64,000 nt of DNA. Source: an uncultured Acidobacteriota bacterium (GTDB lineage: Bacteria > Acidobacteriota > Polarisedimenticolia > J045). Where the stretch lies: positions 96,001 through 160,000 of the forward strand of contig CAVPCQ010000011.1 in NCBI GenBank assembly GCA_963702425.1, given 5' to 3'. Each line of letters opens with the position of its first letter. Position 1 is the stretch's first letter. The notes beneath the pieces are model-generated. The model was not told the origin of the DNA. It saw only the letters and a list, made by a program, of their open reading frames with translations, and searched no databases. The position numbers and the translations under genes were made by a program. Positions 21,254-30,774 of the stretch are shown here, in pieces.

Positions 21254-22455
21254 GCGTGAGCCTGGCCGACCTGCTGCGGCTGGCGTGGGGATCGATCGCG
21301 GCCCACCGCCTGCGCTCCGGCCTGACGATGCTCGGGATCACGATCGGGATCGCCTCGGTCATCCTGCTGACCTCGATCGGCGAAGGGACGCGGGTCTTCA
21401 TTCTCAGCGAGTTCTCGCAGTTCGGCACCAACCTGCTCGCGGTCCACCCGGGCAACGTGCGGACCACCGGCGTCCCGGGCTCGATCGTCGCGACCCAGCG
21501 CAAGCTGACGGTCGAGGACGGCGAGGCGCTGCTGCGCGTGCCGGGCGTCGAGAAGATCGTGCCGCTGGCGATCGGCCAGGCCCGCGTCGAGGCCGGCAGC
21601 CGTGGCCGCTCGGTCTACGTCTACGGCGTCAACCACGCGGTCCCCGCGGTCTGGAAGTTCAAGATCCGCCACGGCCGCTTCCTGCCCGAGGAGGACCCGC
21701 GGCGCGGCTCGGCGGTGACGGTGCTCGGCCCGAAGCTCAAGCAGGAGCTGTTCGGCGACGACAACCCGCTGGGCGAGTACGTGCGGATCGGCGGCGAGCG
21801 CTTCCAGGTGATCGGCCTGCTCGAGCCGAAGGGGCGCTTTCTCAGCTTCGACCTCGACGACACCGCCTACATCCCGGTCGGCCGGGCGCTCAAGCTGTTC
21901 AACCGCGACGAGCTGGTCGAGGTCGACGTCCTCTTCTCCGCGGGCCTCGACGCCGCGGGCGTCGCACGCGGCGTCAAGGACCTGCTGATCGCGCGCCACG
22001 GCGAGGAGGACTTCGACGTCGTCACCCAGGACGAGATGCTCGGCGTACTCGACCGCGTGCTGGGGATCGTCAGCGCGGCCGTCGGCGGGATCGGCGCGAT
22101 CTCGCTCGTCGTCGGCGCGATCGGGATCCTGACCATGATGTGGATCGCGGTCAACGAGCGGACCGCCGAGATCGGGCTGGCCAAGGCGCTGGGCGGAACG
22201 CCGGGCCAGATCCAGGCGCTGTTCCTGGTCGAGGCCGGGATGCTCTCGCTGCTGGGCGGGGTGCTCGGCGTGGCGGCCGGGCTCGGCACCGCGCGGCTGC
22301 TGCAGGTGGTGCTGCCCGATCTTCCGGTGCGGACGCCGCCGGGCTACGTCGCCGCCGCGCTGGTCGTGAGCCTCGCGGTCGGCCTGGCGAGCGGGGTGAT
22401 GCCGGCCCGGCGCGCGGCGCGCCTCGACCCGATCGAGGCCCTGCACGCCGAGTAG
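21250..22455 (+). CDS. MacB-like ABC permease, second subunit
   Basis: LTMLGITIGIASV, ERTAEIGLAKALG and PARRAARLDPIEALHAE. Confidence 0.9.
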   Translation: MSVSLADLLRLAWGSIAAHRLRSGLTMLGITIGIASVILLTSIGEGTRVFILSEFSQFGTNLLAVHPGNVRTTGVPGSIVATQRKLTVEDGEALLRVPGVEKIVPLAIGQARVEAGSRGRSVYVYGVNHAVPAVWKFKIRHGRFLPEEDPRRGSAVTVLGPKLKQELFGDDNPLGEYVRIGGERFQVIGLLEPKGRFLSFDLDDTAYIPVGRALKLFNRDELVEVDVLFSAGLDAAGVARGVKDLLIARHGEEDFDVVTQDEMLGVLDRVLGIVSAAVGGIGAISLVVGAIGILTMMWIAVNERTAEIGLAKALGGTPGQIQALFLVEAGMLSLLGGVLGVAAGLGTARLLQVVLPDLPVRTPPGYVAAALVVSLAVGLASGVMPARRAARLDPIEALHAE

Positions 22456-22457
22456 TG

Positions 22458-23312
22458 TCACTTCGACTTCTTCTTCTCCTTCGGCTTCACGGACTGCCCC
22501 GTCGCCTTCTCGTAGCGCTTGAGCGCCTCGGGCATGTCCTGCTTCAGCCGCTCGATCCGCTGCTCGTCGGAAGGGTGGGTGCTCAGGAAGACCGGCGGCT
22601 TCCCCGCGCCCTTCGCGGCCGCGGCCATCCGCTGCCAGAGGCCGATCGAGGCTCGCGGATCGTAGCCCGCGATCGCCATGAAGTTGATCCCCATCCTGTC
22701 GGCCTCGCTCTCCTGGGCGCGGCTGAACGGCAGCAGGATCCCGACCGTACTCCCGGCGCCGAAGGCGGCCATGGCCAGCGCCTGCGTCTCGGCCGACTTG
22801 GTCGACAGCGCCACCCCCAGCGCCACGCCGCCGAGCTGGGTCGCCAGCTGCTGGCTCATCCGCTCGGCGCCGTGCTGGGCGATCGCGTGCGCCACCTCGT
22901 GCCCCATCACGACCGCCAGACCGGTCTCGTCCTGGGTGATCGGCAGGAGGCCGCTGTAGACCACGACGCGCCCGCCCGGCATGCACCAGGCGTTGACCGC
23001 CTTGTCGTCGACCAGGTGGAACTGCCAGTCGTACCCCTTGAGGAGGTCGGCGTACTCGTGCTTCACCATGTAGCTCTCCACCGCCGCCTGGATCCGGTGG
23101 CCGACGCGCTCGACCGAGGCGGCGTCGGGGGTACCCTGGACCGGAGGGTTCTTCGCGAGGAACTTGCCGTACTCGGTGGCGGCGAGCCCGTTGATCTCGG
23201 TGCCGGAGACCAGGCTCAGCTGCTTGCGACCGGTCATCGGCACGGTCGCGCAGCCGGCGAGAATCAAGATGGCGACGAGCAGGGTCAGCGGGTGAATGGT
23301 CGCCCGTCTCAT
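22458..23312 (-). CDS. M48 family zinc metallopeptidase lipoprotein
   Basis: LAGC lipobox, VNAWCMPGG, HEVAH, ESEAD and FLSTHP. Confidence 0.92.
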   Translation of the reverse strand: MRRATIHPLTLLVAILILAGCATVPMTGRKQLSLVSGTEINGLAATEYGKFLAKNPPVQGTPDAASVERVGHRIQAAVESYMVKHEYADLLKGYDWQFHLVDDKAVNAWCMPGGRVVVYSGLLPITQDETGLAVVMGHEVAHAIAQHGAERMSQQLATQLGGVALGVALSTKSAETQALAMAAFGAGSTVGILLPFSRAQESEADRMGINFMAIAGYDPRASIGLWQRMAAAAKGAGKPPVFLSTHPSDEQRIERLKQDMPEALKRYEKATGQSVKPKEKKKSK

Positions 23313-23953
23313 GCACTCCCCTCCTTGCGGTGGCGCAGGAACTCGAAGACGGCCGGCAGGACCGAGATGATGACGATCGCGATGATCACGACGCTGAAGT
23401 TGTCCCGGACAAATGGCAGGTTGCCGAAGAAATAGCCGGCCAGGACGCAGGTCAGGACCCACAGCACAGCGCCGGTCACGTTGTACATCGCGAAGCGCGG
23501 GTAGCTCATCTCGCCGACCCCCGCCAGGAACGGGGCGAAGGTGCGCACGATCGGCACGAACCGGGCGATGATGATCGTCTTGCCGCCGTACTTCTCGAAG
23601 AACCGGTGCGTTCGGTCGATGTACTCCTTGCGGAAGACGCGGCTGTCCTTCATGTCGTAGACGCGGTGGCCGATCCGGCGGCCCACGGCGTAGTTGACGG
23701 CGTCGCCCAGCACTGCGGCGACGATCAGCACCGCGAAGACGGCCGGCAGCGACAGCGAGCCCTTGGCCGCGAAGACCCCCGCCGCGAACAGCAGGGAGTC
23801 GCCCGGCAGGAAGGGCGTGACGACCAGGCCGGTCTCGCAGAAGACGACGACGAACAGCAGCGCGTAGGTCCACGCGCCGTAGCTCTCGATGACCTTCGCC
23901 AGATACCTGTCGAGATGCAGGAAGATGTCGATCGCGGTGTGGATCAGTTCCAC
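23309..23953 (-). CDS. dedA: DedA family membrane protein
   Basis: FCETGLVVTPFLPGDSLLF and KYGGKTIIIARFVPIVRTFAPF. Confidence 0.9.
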   Translation of the reverse strand: MELIHTAIDIFLHLDRYLAKVIESYGAWTYALLFVVVFCETGLVVTPFLPGDSLLFAAGVFAAKGSLSLPAVFAVLIVAAVLGDAVNYAVGRRIGHRVYDMKDSRVFRKEYIDRTHRFFEKYGGKTIIIARFVPIVRTFAPFLAGVGEMSYPRFAMYNVTGAVLWVLTCVLAGYFFGNLPFVRDNFSVVIIAIVIISVLPAVFEFLRHRKEGSA

Positions 23954-24164
23954 CGGGGCCCTCGTCGCGGGGCGCGCCGCGGGGCGCGCCGCGGGCGGCA
24001 TTGTGACCCGGCTCCCCGGGGCCGCCAAGGGGGGGATGCCGCCTGCCGCACCCGTTCCCGCGATCCTCTGGCGGTTCGGCCCGGACCCGGTAGACTCCCC
24101 AGCGATCACGGCCGGCGCGGCGGAGCCCACTGCCTCGCGCCCGGACCGGGATCAGGGAGTCACC

Positions 24165-24506
24165 ATGAAGCGATTCGCACTGATCACGCTCGCGCTCGCC
24201 CTCGTTCTCGGCCTCTCGGCCGTCGCGCTGGCGGGCAACCCCAAGGAAGTCACCCTCACCGGCAAGATCGCCTGCGGCAAGTGCACCCTCAAGCTGGAAG
24301 GGGTCACGGGCTGCCAGGACATGTTCGTCGTCGCCGGCAAGGACGGCGGTGCGCCGACCTACTACTACTTCGCCAAGAGCGAGGCGCTGGAGGAGTTCGG
24401 CCACGGCTGCAACGGTGAGAAGGCGGCCGTCGTGACCGGCGTCGTCGCCGAGAAGGACGGCAAGCAGTGGATCGTCGCCACGAAGATCGTGGACGCGAAG
24501 GGCTGA
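24165..24506 (+). CDS. Secreted Cys-rich small protein (DUF6370-like OB-fold)
   Basis: Signal peptide; VTLTGKIACGKC...C...HGC...VTG.V.EKDGK; GGGAG RBS. Confidence 0.7.
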   Translation: MKRFALITLALALVLGLSAVALAGNPKEVTLTGKIACGKCTLKLEGVTGCQDMFVVAGKDGGAPTYYYFAKSEALEEFGHGCNGEKAAVVTGVVAEKDGKQWIVATKIVDAKG

Positions 24507-25123
24507 CAGCCGGAGAACCGGAGGGCGGCGACGCCGCTCTCCGGCGCTCGCTGGTTTGCGCTTTCGCCCGCGCGGGCGGCGCCGTACGCATCGCCCCCGG
24601 CGCCGGCAACCTCGTCCGCCGCGCCCTTCCCGCCGACGGGGTCCCGCACCCCTTCGTCATCGACGTCGAAGGCCTTCCCAACCTGCTGCACGAGGTCGTG
24701 CACTTCGCCCTGCGCCCGCCGCTGGCGGTCGACCACGGCTTCGAGTACCGGCTCATTCCTTTCGACACCGCGCAACGGGAACAGCGGCGCTGGCTCTGGG
24801 AGGAGCTTGCCTGCTGCGTCGTGAGCTGTGCCTACCTCGCCGGCCGGCCGGAGCGCGTCGAGCCGTGGTTCGCCGAGCAGCTCGAGATCCAGCACCACTT
24901 CTACGGCTTTCCGGGACCGGAGGCGTTCCTGGCCCACGTTCGCGCGCTCGTCGCGGCGCACGGTCCGGAACTGGACGCGGTCGTCGACGAGGCCTACGCG
25001 GCGACGGCAGTGCACCTCACGGCGGCCGGCGCGAGCGACCCCGCGCCGCCTCGGCGGCTCGACTTCGCGCCGTTGTTCGAACGCCTCGCCGCTACAAGCC
25101 GGCGAGGATCTGCGCCAGGATGA
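24503..25123 (+). CDS. Hypothetical HExxH protein (EpmC/YfcM-like motif order); start uncertain
   Basis: NLLHEVVH...DHGFEY...WLWEELACC; in-frame CTG overlaps the upstream TGA. Confidence 0.5.
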   Translation: MTAGEPEGGDAALRRSLVCAFARAGGAVRIAPGAGNLVRRALPADGVPHPFVIDVEGLPNLLHEVVHFALRPPLAVDHGFEYRLIPFDTAQREQRRWLWEELACCVVSCAYLAGRPERVEPWFAEQLEIQHHFYGFPGPEAFLAHVRALVAAHGPELDAVVDEAYAATAVHLTAAGASDPAPPRRLDFAPLFERLAATSRRGSAPG

Positions 25124-26731
25124 TCTTCGAGATCGTCGCCACCGGGTAGACCGCGGCGTAGGCGACGTTCGGCGTCTCCGATCCGGTGTGGGAGTTCGCG
25201 AACGACAGGGCCGCCGGCTGGGTGTGGATCCCGGCCACCAGCCCCAGCGTCGTGATCATGTCGAACCCGAAGACCCGCCGCGCCAGCAGGATCGCGGCCG
25301 TCGCCGACAGCACGGTGATCACCGCGCCGGCGGCCAGCAGCGGCAGCCCCTGCTTCTCGAAAGTCGCGACGAAGGTCGCCCCGGCCCGCGTGCCGACGCC
25401 GGCGAGGAACAGCAGGATCCCGAGCTGGCGCAGCGTGAGCGAGGCGTTGGCCGGCATCGTCCAGACGATCGGCCCGGTCCGCCCGAGCCGGCCGAGGATC
25501 AGCCCGACCACCAGGGGCCCGCCGGCCAGGCCCAGGGACATCGTCTGGCCGCCGGGGAGCGGAATCGGGAAGGTGCCGAGAAAGACCCCGAGGATCAGCC
25601 CGAAGCTGAACGACATGAAGTCGGTCTCGGTCAGGTCGCGGAGCGGGTCACCGACGACCTGCGAGACGCGATCGAGGTCGCGCGCGTGGGCGACGGCGCG
25701 GATGTGATCGCCCAGCTCGAGCGTCGTGTCGGCTTCGGGGGTGATCGCGATCCCGCCCCGCCGGATCCGGCTGACGACGACCGGGCAGCTGCAAGCCGCG
25801 GACAGCTCGGAGAGTTTCGTCCCCGCGACCTTGCGCTGCAGCACGACGAGGTCCCGGTGCGCAATGTCGGAGCCGAAGTGCTCGTGGTGCTCGCCGACCA
25901 GCGGGCCGATCAGCAGCATCGCCGCGCTCGATCGCATCGGGCGGGCCGACGCCGACCAGCACGTCTCCCTCCAGCGAGCTGCAGCTCGGGGGTGACGAGG
26001 ATCTCCTGCCCGCCGCGCTTGACGCGCGTGAAGACCATCCCGGTCAGCTCGGCGAAGCGGGCCGCCTCGAAGGCTCTCCCGATGAGCTGGGGGTTGGCGA
26101 TCCGCAGCTCGCGCGTGATCAGGTCGTCGCCGCCGAGGCCGCTGGCGTCGCGGGCCTTCCGGTCCTCCTCCTTGAAATCGACGCGCGCGAGCCGCGTCGC
26201 GACCTGCATCACCAGGATCAGCCCGACGACGCCGAGCGGGTAGGCAATCGAGTAGCCGACCGTCGGGCCGTCCGCAGCCCCCGCCGAGACGACGCCGCGC
26301 AGCCGCTCGATCGCCGCCGCGAGCGCGGGGGTGTTGGTCAGGGCGCCGCAGAACAGACCGGTCGCGACCGGAGATCCTGTCGCCAGCAGGATCCCGGCGC
26401 CCCAGGCGCCGACCGCGGCGACGACCGGGATCAGGGTGCCGGCGAGCGTGAACTGCAGCCCCTGCCGGCGGAAGAGGTTGAAGAACATCGGCCCCGACTG
26501 CAGCCCGATGATGTAGACGAAGAGGATCAGCCCCAGCAGGTAGACGAACTCGGGCAGCACGAAGTGGCCGGGGTCGATCGCGCCGAAGACGAGGCCGACG
26601 AACAGCACCGCGGCCACGCCGAGCGAGAAACCCTTGAATCGAACCGCGCCGAGGAACCAGCCCAGGCCGATGACCGCGAAGAGCAGGGCGACGGGAGACG
26701 TGGCGAGCAGGTCGTACAGGCCGGCGAGCAA
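25092..26731 (-). CDS. Aspartate:alanine exchanger family (YidE/YbjL) transporter with TrkA-C domains, frameshift ~25950
   Basis: SLGVAAVLFVGL, GALTNTPALAA, YSIAYPLG, LGLAGGPL.VGLILG and YAAVYP. Confidence 0.88.
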
Positions 26732-26933
26732 GGGGGACGATCCTCCGGGGCGGGCTGGTCAGGATACGGGAGCGCGCTGCCGCGCGGAAGCGCCCGGCGG
26801 AGCGCCCGGCGGAGCGCCTCGGGAATCCCGCGCGGTCGGATCCCGGCACGAAGCCGGGCCGTGACAGCCGCCGCCGGAGTGGGCAGACTCGCCGCGCTGG
26901 GGCTTCATGGATGATCCGGGATGGGAGGCGGCG

Positions 26934-27623
26934 GTGCGGATTCTCCTGGTCGAGGACGACCCCAAGATCGCGTCGTTCGTCGCGCGCGGGCTGCGCGAGG
27001 CGGGACACGGGGTCGACCACGCGGTCGACGGGAACGCCGGCCTCGCGCTCGCGCTGGAACATCCCTACGACGTCGCGATCGTGGACGTGATGCTCCCCGG
27101 TCTCGACGGTCTCGCGCTGGTGGCGAAGATGCGGGCGCGGGGGGCGACGACCCCGGTCCTGATCCTCTCGGCGCGGCGGACGGTGGACGACCGGGTGAAG
27201 GGTCTCACGGCCGGCGGCGACGACTACCTGACCAAGCCGTTCGCGTTCGCCGAGCTGGCGGCGCGCGTGAAGGCGCTCGCGCGGCGCGCGGCCGTCGCTC
27301 CGGCCGCGCCGGAGCCTGAGCCGACGCGGCTGGTCGCGGGCGAGCTGGTGATCGACCTGGTCACGCGTCGGGTCGAGCGGGCCGGGCATCCGATCGAGCT
27401 GCGGCCGCGCGAGTACGCGCTGCTCGAGCTGCTCGCCCGCCACGCCGGGGAGGTCGTGCCGAAGACCATGGTCATGGCGCAGCTGTGGGGGTACAGCTTC
27501 GACCCGCGCACCAACGTCGTCGACGTGCTGATCCACCGGCTGCGCGAGAAGCTCGACGCGGGGTTCGAGAGAAAGCTGCTGCGCACCGTGCGCGGGGTCG
27601 GGTATGTCCTCGAAAGCGCCTGA
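26934..27623 (+). CDS. OmpR-family response regulator (CusR/CzcR-like)
   Basis: RILLVEDD, DVMLPGLDG, DDYLTKPF and NVVDVLIHRLREKLD...LRTVRGVGY. Confidence 0.93.
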   Translation: MRILLVEDDPKIASFVARGLREAGHGVDHAVDGNAGLALALEHPYDVAIVDVMLPGLDGLALVAKMRARGATTPVLILSARRTVDDRVKGLTAGGDDYLTKPFAFAELAARVKALARRAAVAPAAPEPEPTRLVAGELVIDLVTRRVERAGHPIELRPREYALLELLARHAGEVVPKTMVMAQLWGYSFDPRTNVVDVLIHRLREKLDAGFERKLLRTVRGVGYVLESA

Positions 27624-29002
27624 CACCCTGCCGCGTCTCGGCCTGCGGCTGGGCGCGTGGTACGCCGCGCTGTTCGTCGTCGGCGCGCTGCTGCTGACGG
27701 TCCTGACCTACCTGCTGCTGGCCAACTCGCTCGAGGCCCGCGACCGCCAGATCGTCTCCTCGACCCTCGAGCGCTACGCCGGGGCCTACCTGCGCGGCGG
27801 GCTCCCGGCGCTCGACGAGACGATCGTCGCCGACCGCGTCGCCGGCCGGCACGAGCGCCTGCTGGTGCGCGTCGTCGGGCGCACCGCGCAGGCGCTGTTC
27901 TACACGCTGCCGACCGACTGGCGTGGCTTCGACCTCGCCCGGCTCGACCGGCGGCCGCCGCCCGGCCAGACGGCCTGGACGCGGATCCCGTCGCCGGACG
28001 GGCTCGCCACGCTCGAGGTCGAGTCGGTCGTGCTGGCGGACGGGGCGCTGTTCCAGGTCGGCAAGAGCACCGAGAGCCGCGCCGAGCTGCTGGAGCGCTT
28101 CCGTGCGCTCTCCGCGCTGATCCTCGTGATCATCGTGCTGGCCGCGCTGGCGGGCGGCGCCCTGGTCACGCGGCGGGCGCTCCGACCGCTGCACCTGCTC
28201 TCGGCCACGGTGGGGAACATCCTCGAGACCGGACGCCTCTCCGAGCGCGTGCCCGTGCGCGCGGGCGGCGACGCGCTCGAGGAGACCGGCGTTCTCTTCA
28301 ACCGCATGCTGGCGCGGCTCGAGACGCTGGTCGACGGAATGCGCGGCTCGCTCGACAACGTGGCGCACGACTTGCGCACGCCGCTGGCGCGGCTGCGTGG
28401 CGTCGCCGAGGCGGGCGATGGCGCACGCGCGCACCGAGACCGAGCTGCGCGAGGCGCTGGCCGAGGTGCTGGAGGAGACCGAGCGCGTGTCGGGCATGCT
28501 CGACACGCTGATGGACATCTCCGAGGCCGAGACCGGCGCGATGGCGCTCGCGCGCGAGCGGCTCGACGTCGCGGCGCTGCTGGCCGAGACGGCCGAGCTT
28601 TACGAAGACGTGGCGGAGGACAAGGGGGTCGCGCTCGCCGCCGAGCCGGCCGGGGGCCTGGCGATCGACGCCGACCGCCAGCGGATGCGGCAGGTCCTCT
28701 CCAACCTGGTCGACAACGCGCTCAAGTACACGCCGGCGGGGGGGCGCGTCGTGCTGCGGGCGCGCCGGGCCGGGCTCCGCGTCGAGATCGAGGTCGCCGA
28801 CGACGGCCCGGGGATCGCCGCCGAGGACCTGCCGCGGATCTGGGACCGGCTCTACCGCGGCGACCGCAGCCGGTCCGAGCGCGGGCTGGGGCTGGGGCTG
28901 TCGCTGGTTCGGGCGATCGTCGAGGCCCACGGCGGGCAGGCCCGCGCGGGCTCGACCCCCGGCGGCGGCGCGACCTTCACGATCGAGATCCCGGCCGCCT
29001 GA
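27604..29002 (+). CDS. HAMP sensor histidine kinase (frameshift ~28415)
   Basis: Two TM helices, HAMP, AHDLRTPL H-box, NLVDNALKY, DDGPGI and GLGLGL. Confidence 0.9.
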
Positions 29003-29073
29003 GCGCGTCCGGCGCCCTCCACTTGCCCGCAGCGGCGCGCGCCCGGCGCCCGGCGCCCGCGGCGAGCGCTTCC

Positions 29074-29116
29074 CTTTCACGCGTGTCATGGTCGTGAAAG
29101 CGACATGTCAGGGTCG
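29074..29116 (+). promoter_or_regulatory. Candidate OmpR/PhoB-type binding site upstream of degQ-like gene
   Basis: TGTCA(29084)-TGAAA(29095)-TGTCA(29106) at an 11-bp period, plus inverted repeat CTTTCACG-N11-CGTGAAAG. Confidence 0.45.
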
Positions 29117-29169
29117 CCGTGGTCTTCTCTTTACGAGCCGTTCCACTGCTCGCTGGAGAAGACGACACC

Positions 29170-30753
29170 ATGCAGATCACCGGCACGATCGACACCGCCC
29201 CCGCCCCTCCTCGGCGCCCCGCGGCGCGCAGCGGGATCGTGATTCTCGGCCTCGCCGCCGTGCTCGCGGCGTCGGCCCTCGGTTGGGCCGTGGCCGGCCG
29301 CGGCCCCGAGCCGCTGGCCGCAGCCTCCCACGCCTTCGCGGCCGCTCCCGCTCCCGCCGCCCCCGCGGCCGCCCCCGCACCGGCCGGCGCTCCCACCCTC
29401 GCCGGGGTGCCTTTGCAGGCCTCCTACGCCGACCTCGTGGCCAAGGTCGCCCCCGCGGTGGTCACGATCCGCGCCGAGCGCGTCGTGAAGCCGGCCAACC
29501 AGCCGATGCCGTTCGCGCAGGACCCGATGTTCCGCCGCTTCTTCGGCGACCGGATCCCTCAGCCCGGACAGCCCGGCACCCCGGGGCACGGCTACCGCGA
29601 AGGCGGTCTCGGCTCGGGGGTCGTCGTCAGCGACGACGGGATCATCCTGACGAACCACCACGTCGTCGAGGGGGCCGACGAGATCAAGGTCGAGCTCTCC
29701 GATCGCCGCGTGTACGACGCGAAGGTGATCGGCTCCGACCCGCCGACCGACCTGGCCGTGCTGAGGATCGACGCGCGGCAGCTCCCCTACCTCCCGCTCG
29801 GCGACTCCTCGGCGGTGCGGGTCGGCGACGTCGTGCTCGCGTTCGGCAACCCGCTCGGCGTCGGCCAGACCGTGACGATGGGAATCATCAGCGCCAAGGG
29901 ACGCCACACCGGACTCAACGACGGCGGCTTCGAGGACTTCCTGCAGACCGACGCGCCGATCAACCGCGGCAACTCCGGGGGCGCGCTGGTCGACCTGCAG
30001 GGGAAGCTGGTCGGGATCAACTCGCAGATCATGTCCCCCTCGGGCGGCAGCATCGGGATCGGCTTCGCGATCCCGGCCTCGATGGCCGGCAGCGTGATGA
30101 ACCAGCTGCTCGACGGCGGCGCGGTCCGTCGCGGACAGCTCGGGGTCACGATCCAGCCCGTCACGCCGGAGCTGGCGCGGGGCCTGGGGCTCGACGGCCT
30201 GCGCGGCGCGCTGGTCAGCAACGTCAGCGAAGGCAGCGCGGCCGCGAAGGCCGGGGTCGAGCGCGGCGACGTGATCGTCGGCTTCGAAGGCAAGCCGGTT
30301 GCCGACGGCAACGAGTTGCGCAACCTCGTCGCCGGCACCGCTCCCGGCTCGCGCGTCGGGCTCGAGGTGCTGCGCGACGGATCCGCGAAGCAGCTCAGCG
30401 TGACGCTCGGCGAGCTGGCCGCGCAGAACGAGAAGGTCGCGGCGAACGCCGAACCGGCCGACGAGTTCAAGCTCGGGATCGGGGTTCGTCCGCTCGGCCG
30501 CGAGGATCTCGGCGAACTGGGCCTTCCCGCCGGCTCCAAGGGTCTGCTCGTCACCGAGGTCGATCCCGGCGGCGCTGCGGGGGCGGCCGGGATCGCCCCG
30601 GGCGACGTGATCGAGCGCGCCAACAACCAGCCGGTGGGATCCGTGGCCGAGCTCAAGGCCGCGCTCGAGCGGTCGGGCGACCGGCCCACCGTGCTGCTGG
30701 TGCAGCGCCAGGGGAACTCGCTCTTCGTCGCGATCGAGCGCCCGAAGGACTGA
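29170..30753 (+). CDS. Do/DegQ (HtrA) serine endoprotease with two PDZ domains
   Basis: GLGSGV, TNHHVV, DLAVL, FLQTDAPINRGNSGGAL and two PDZ repeats. Confidence 0.93.
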   Translation: MQITGTIDTAPAPPRRPAARSGIVILGLAAVLAASALGWAVAGRGPEPLAAASHAFAAAPAPAAPAAAPAPAGAPTLAGVPLQASYADLVAKVAPAVVTIRAERVVKPANQPMPFAQDPMFRRFFGDRIPQPGQPGTPGHGYREGGLGSGVVVSDDGIILTNHHVVEGADEIKVELSDRRVYDAKVIGSDPPTDLAVLRIDARQLPYLPLGDSSAVRVGDVVLAFGNPLGVGQTVTMGIISAKGRHTGLNDGGFEDFLQTDAPINRGNSGGALVDLQGKLVGINSQIMSPSGGSIGIGFAIPASMAGSVMNQLLDGGAVRRGQLGVTIQPVTPELARGLGLDGLRGALVSNVSEGSAAAKAGVERGDVIVGFEGKPVADGNELRNLVAGTAPGSRVGLEVLRDGSAKQLSVTLGELAAQNEKVAANAEPADEFKLGIGVRPLGREDLGELGLPAGSKGLLVTEVDPGGAAGAAGIAPGDVIERANNQPVGSVAELKAALERSGDRPTVLLVQRQGNSLFVAIERPKD

Positions 30754-30774
30754 CCTTCGACTCCTCCCTCTCCC

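Noticed and set aside
18163-22455. MacAB-like ABC exporter as the missing ATPase of the 35-43 kb peptide system
   Set aside because: It lies ~13 kb away, is a self-contained operon with its own adaptor, and shows no sequence link to the locus.
23966-23995. 12-bp GC tandem repeat upstream of dedA (and a similar one at 26789-26818)
   Set aside because: Only ~2.5 copies of near-pure GC sequence, expected by chance or slippage at this composition.
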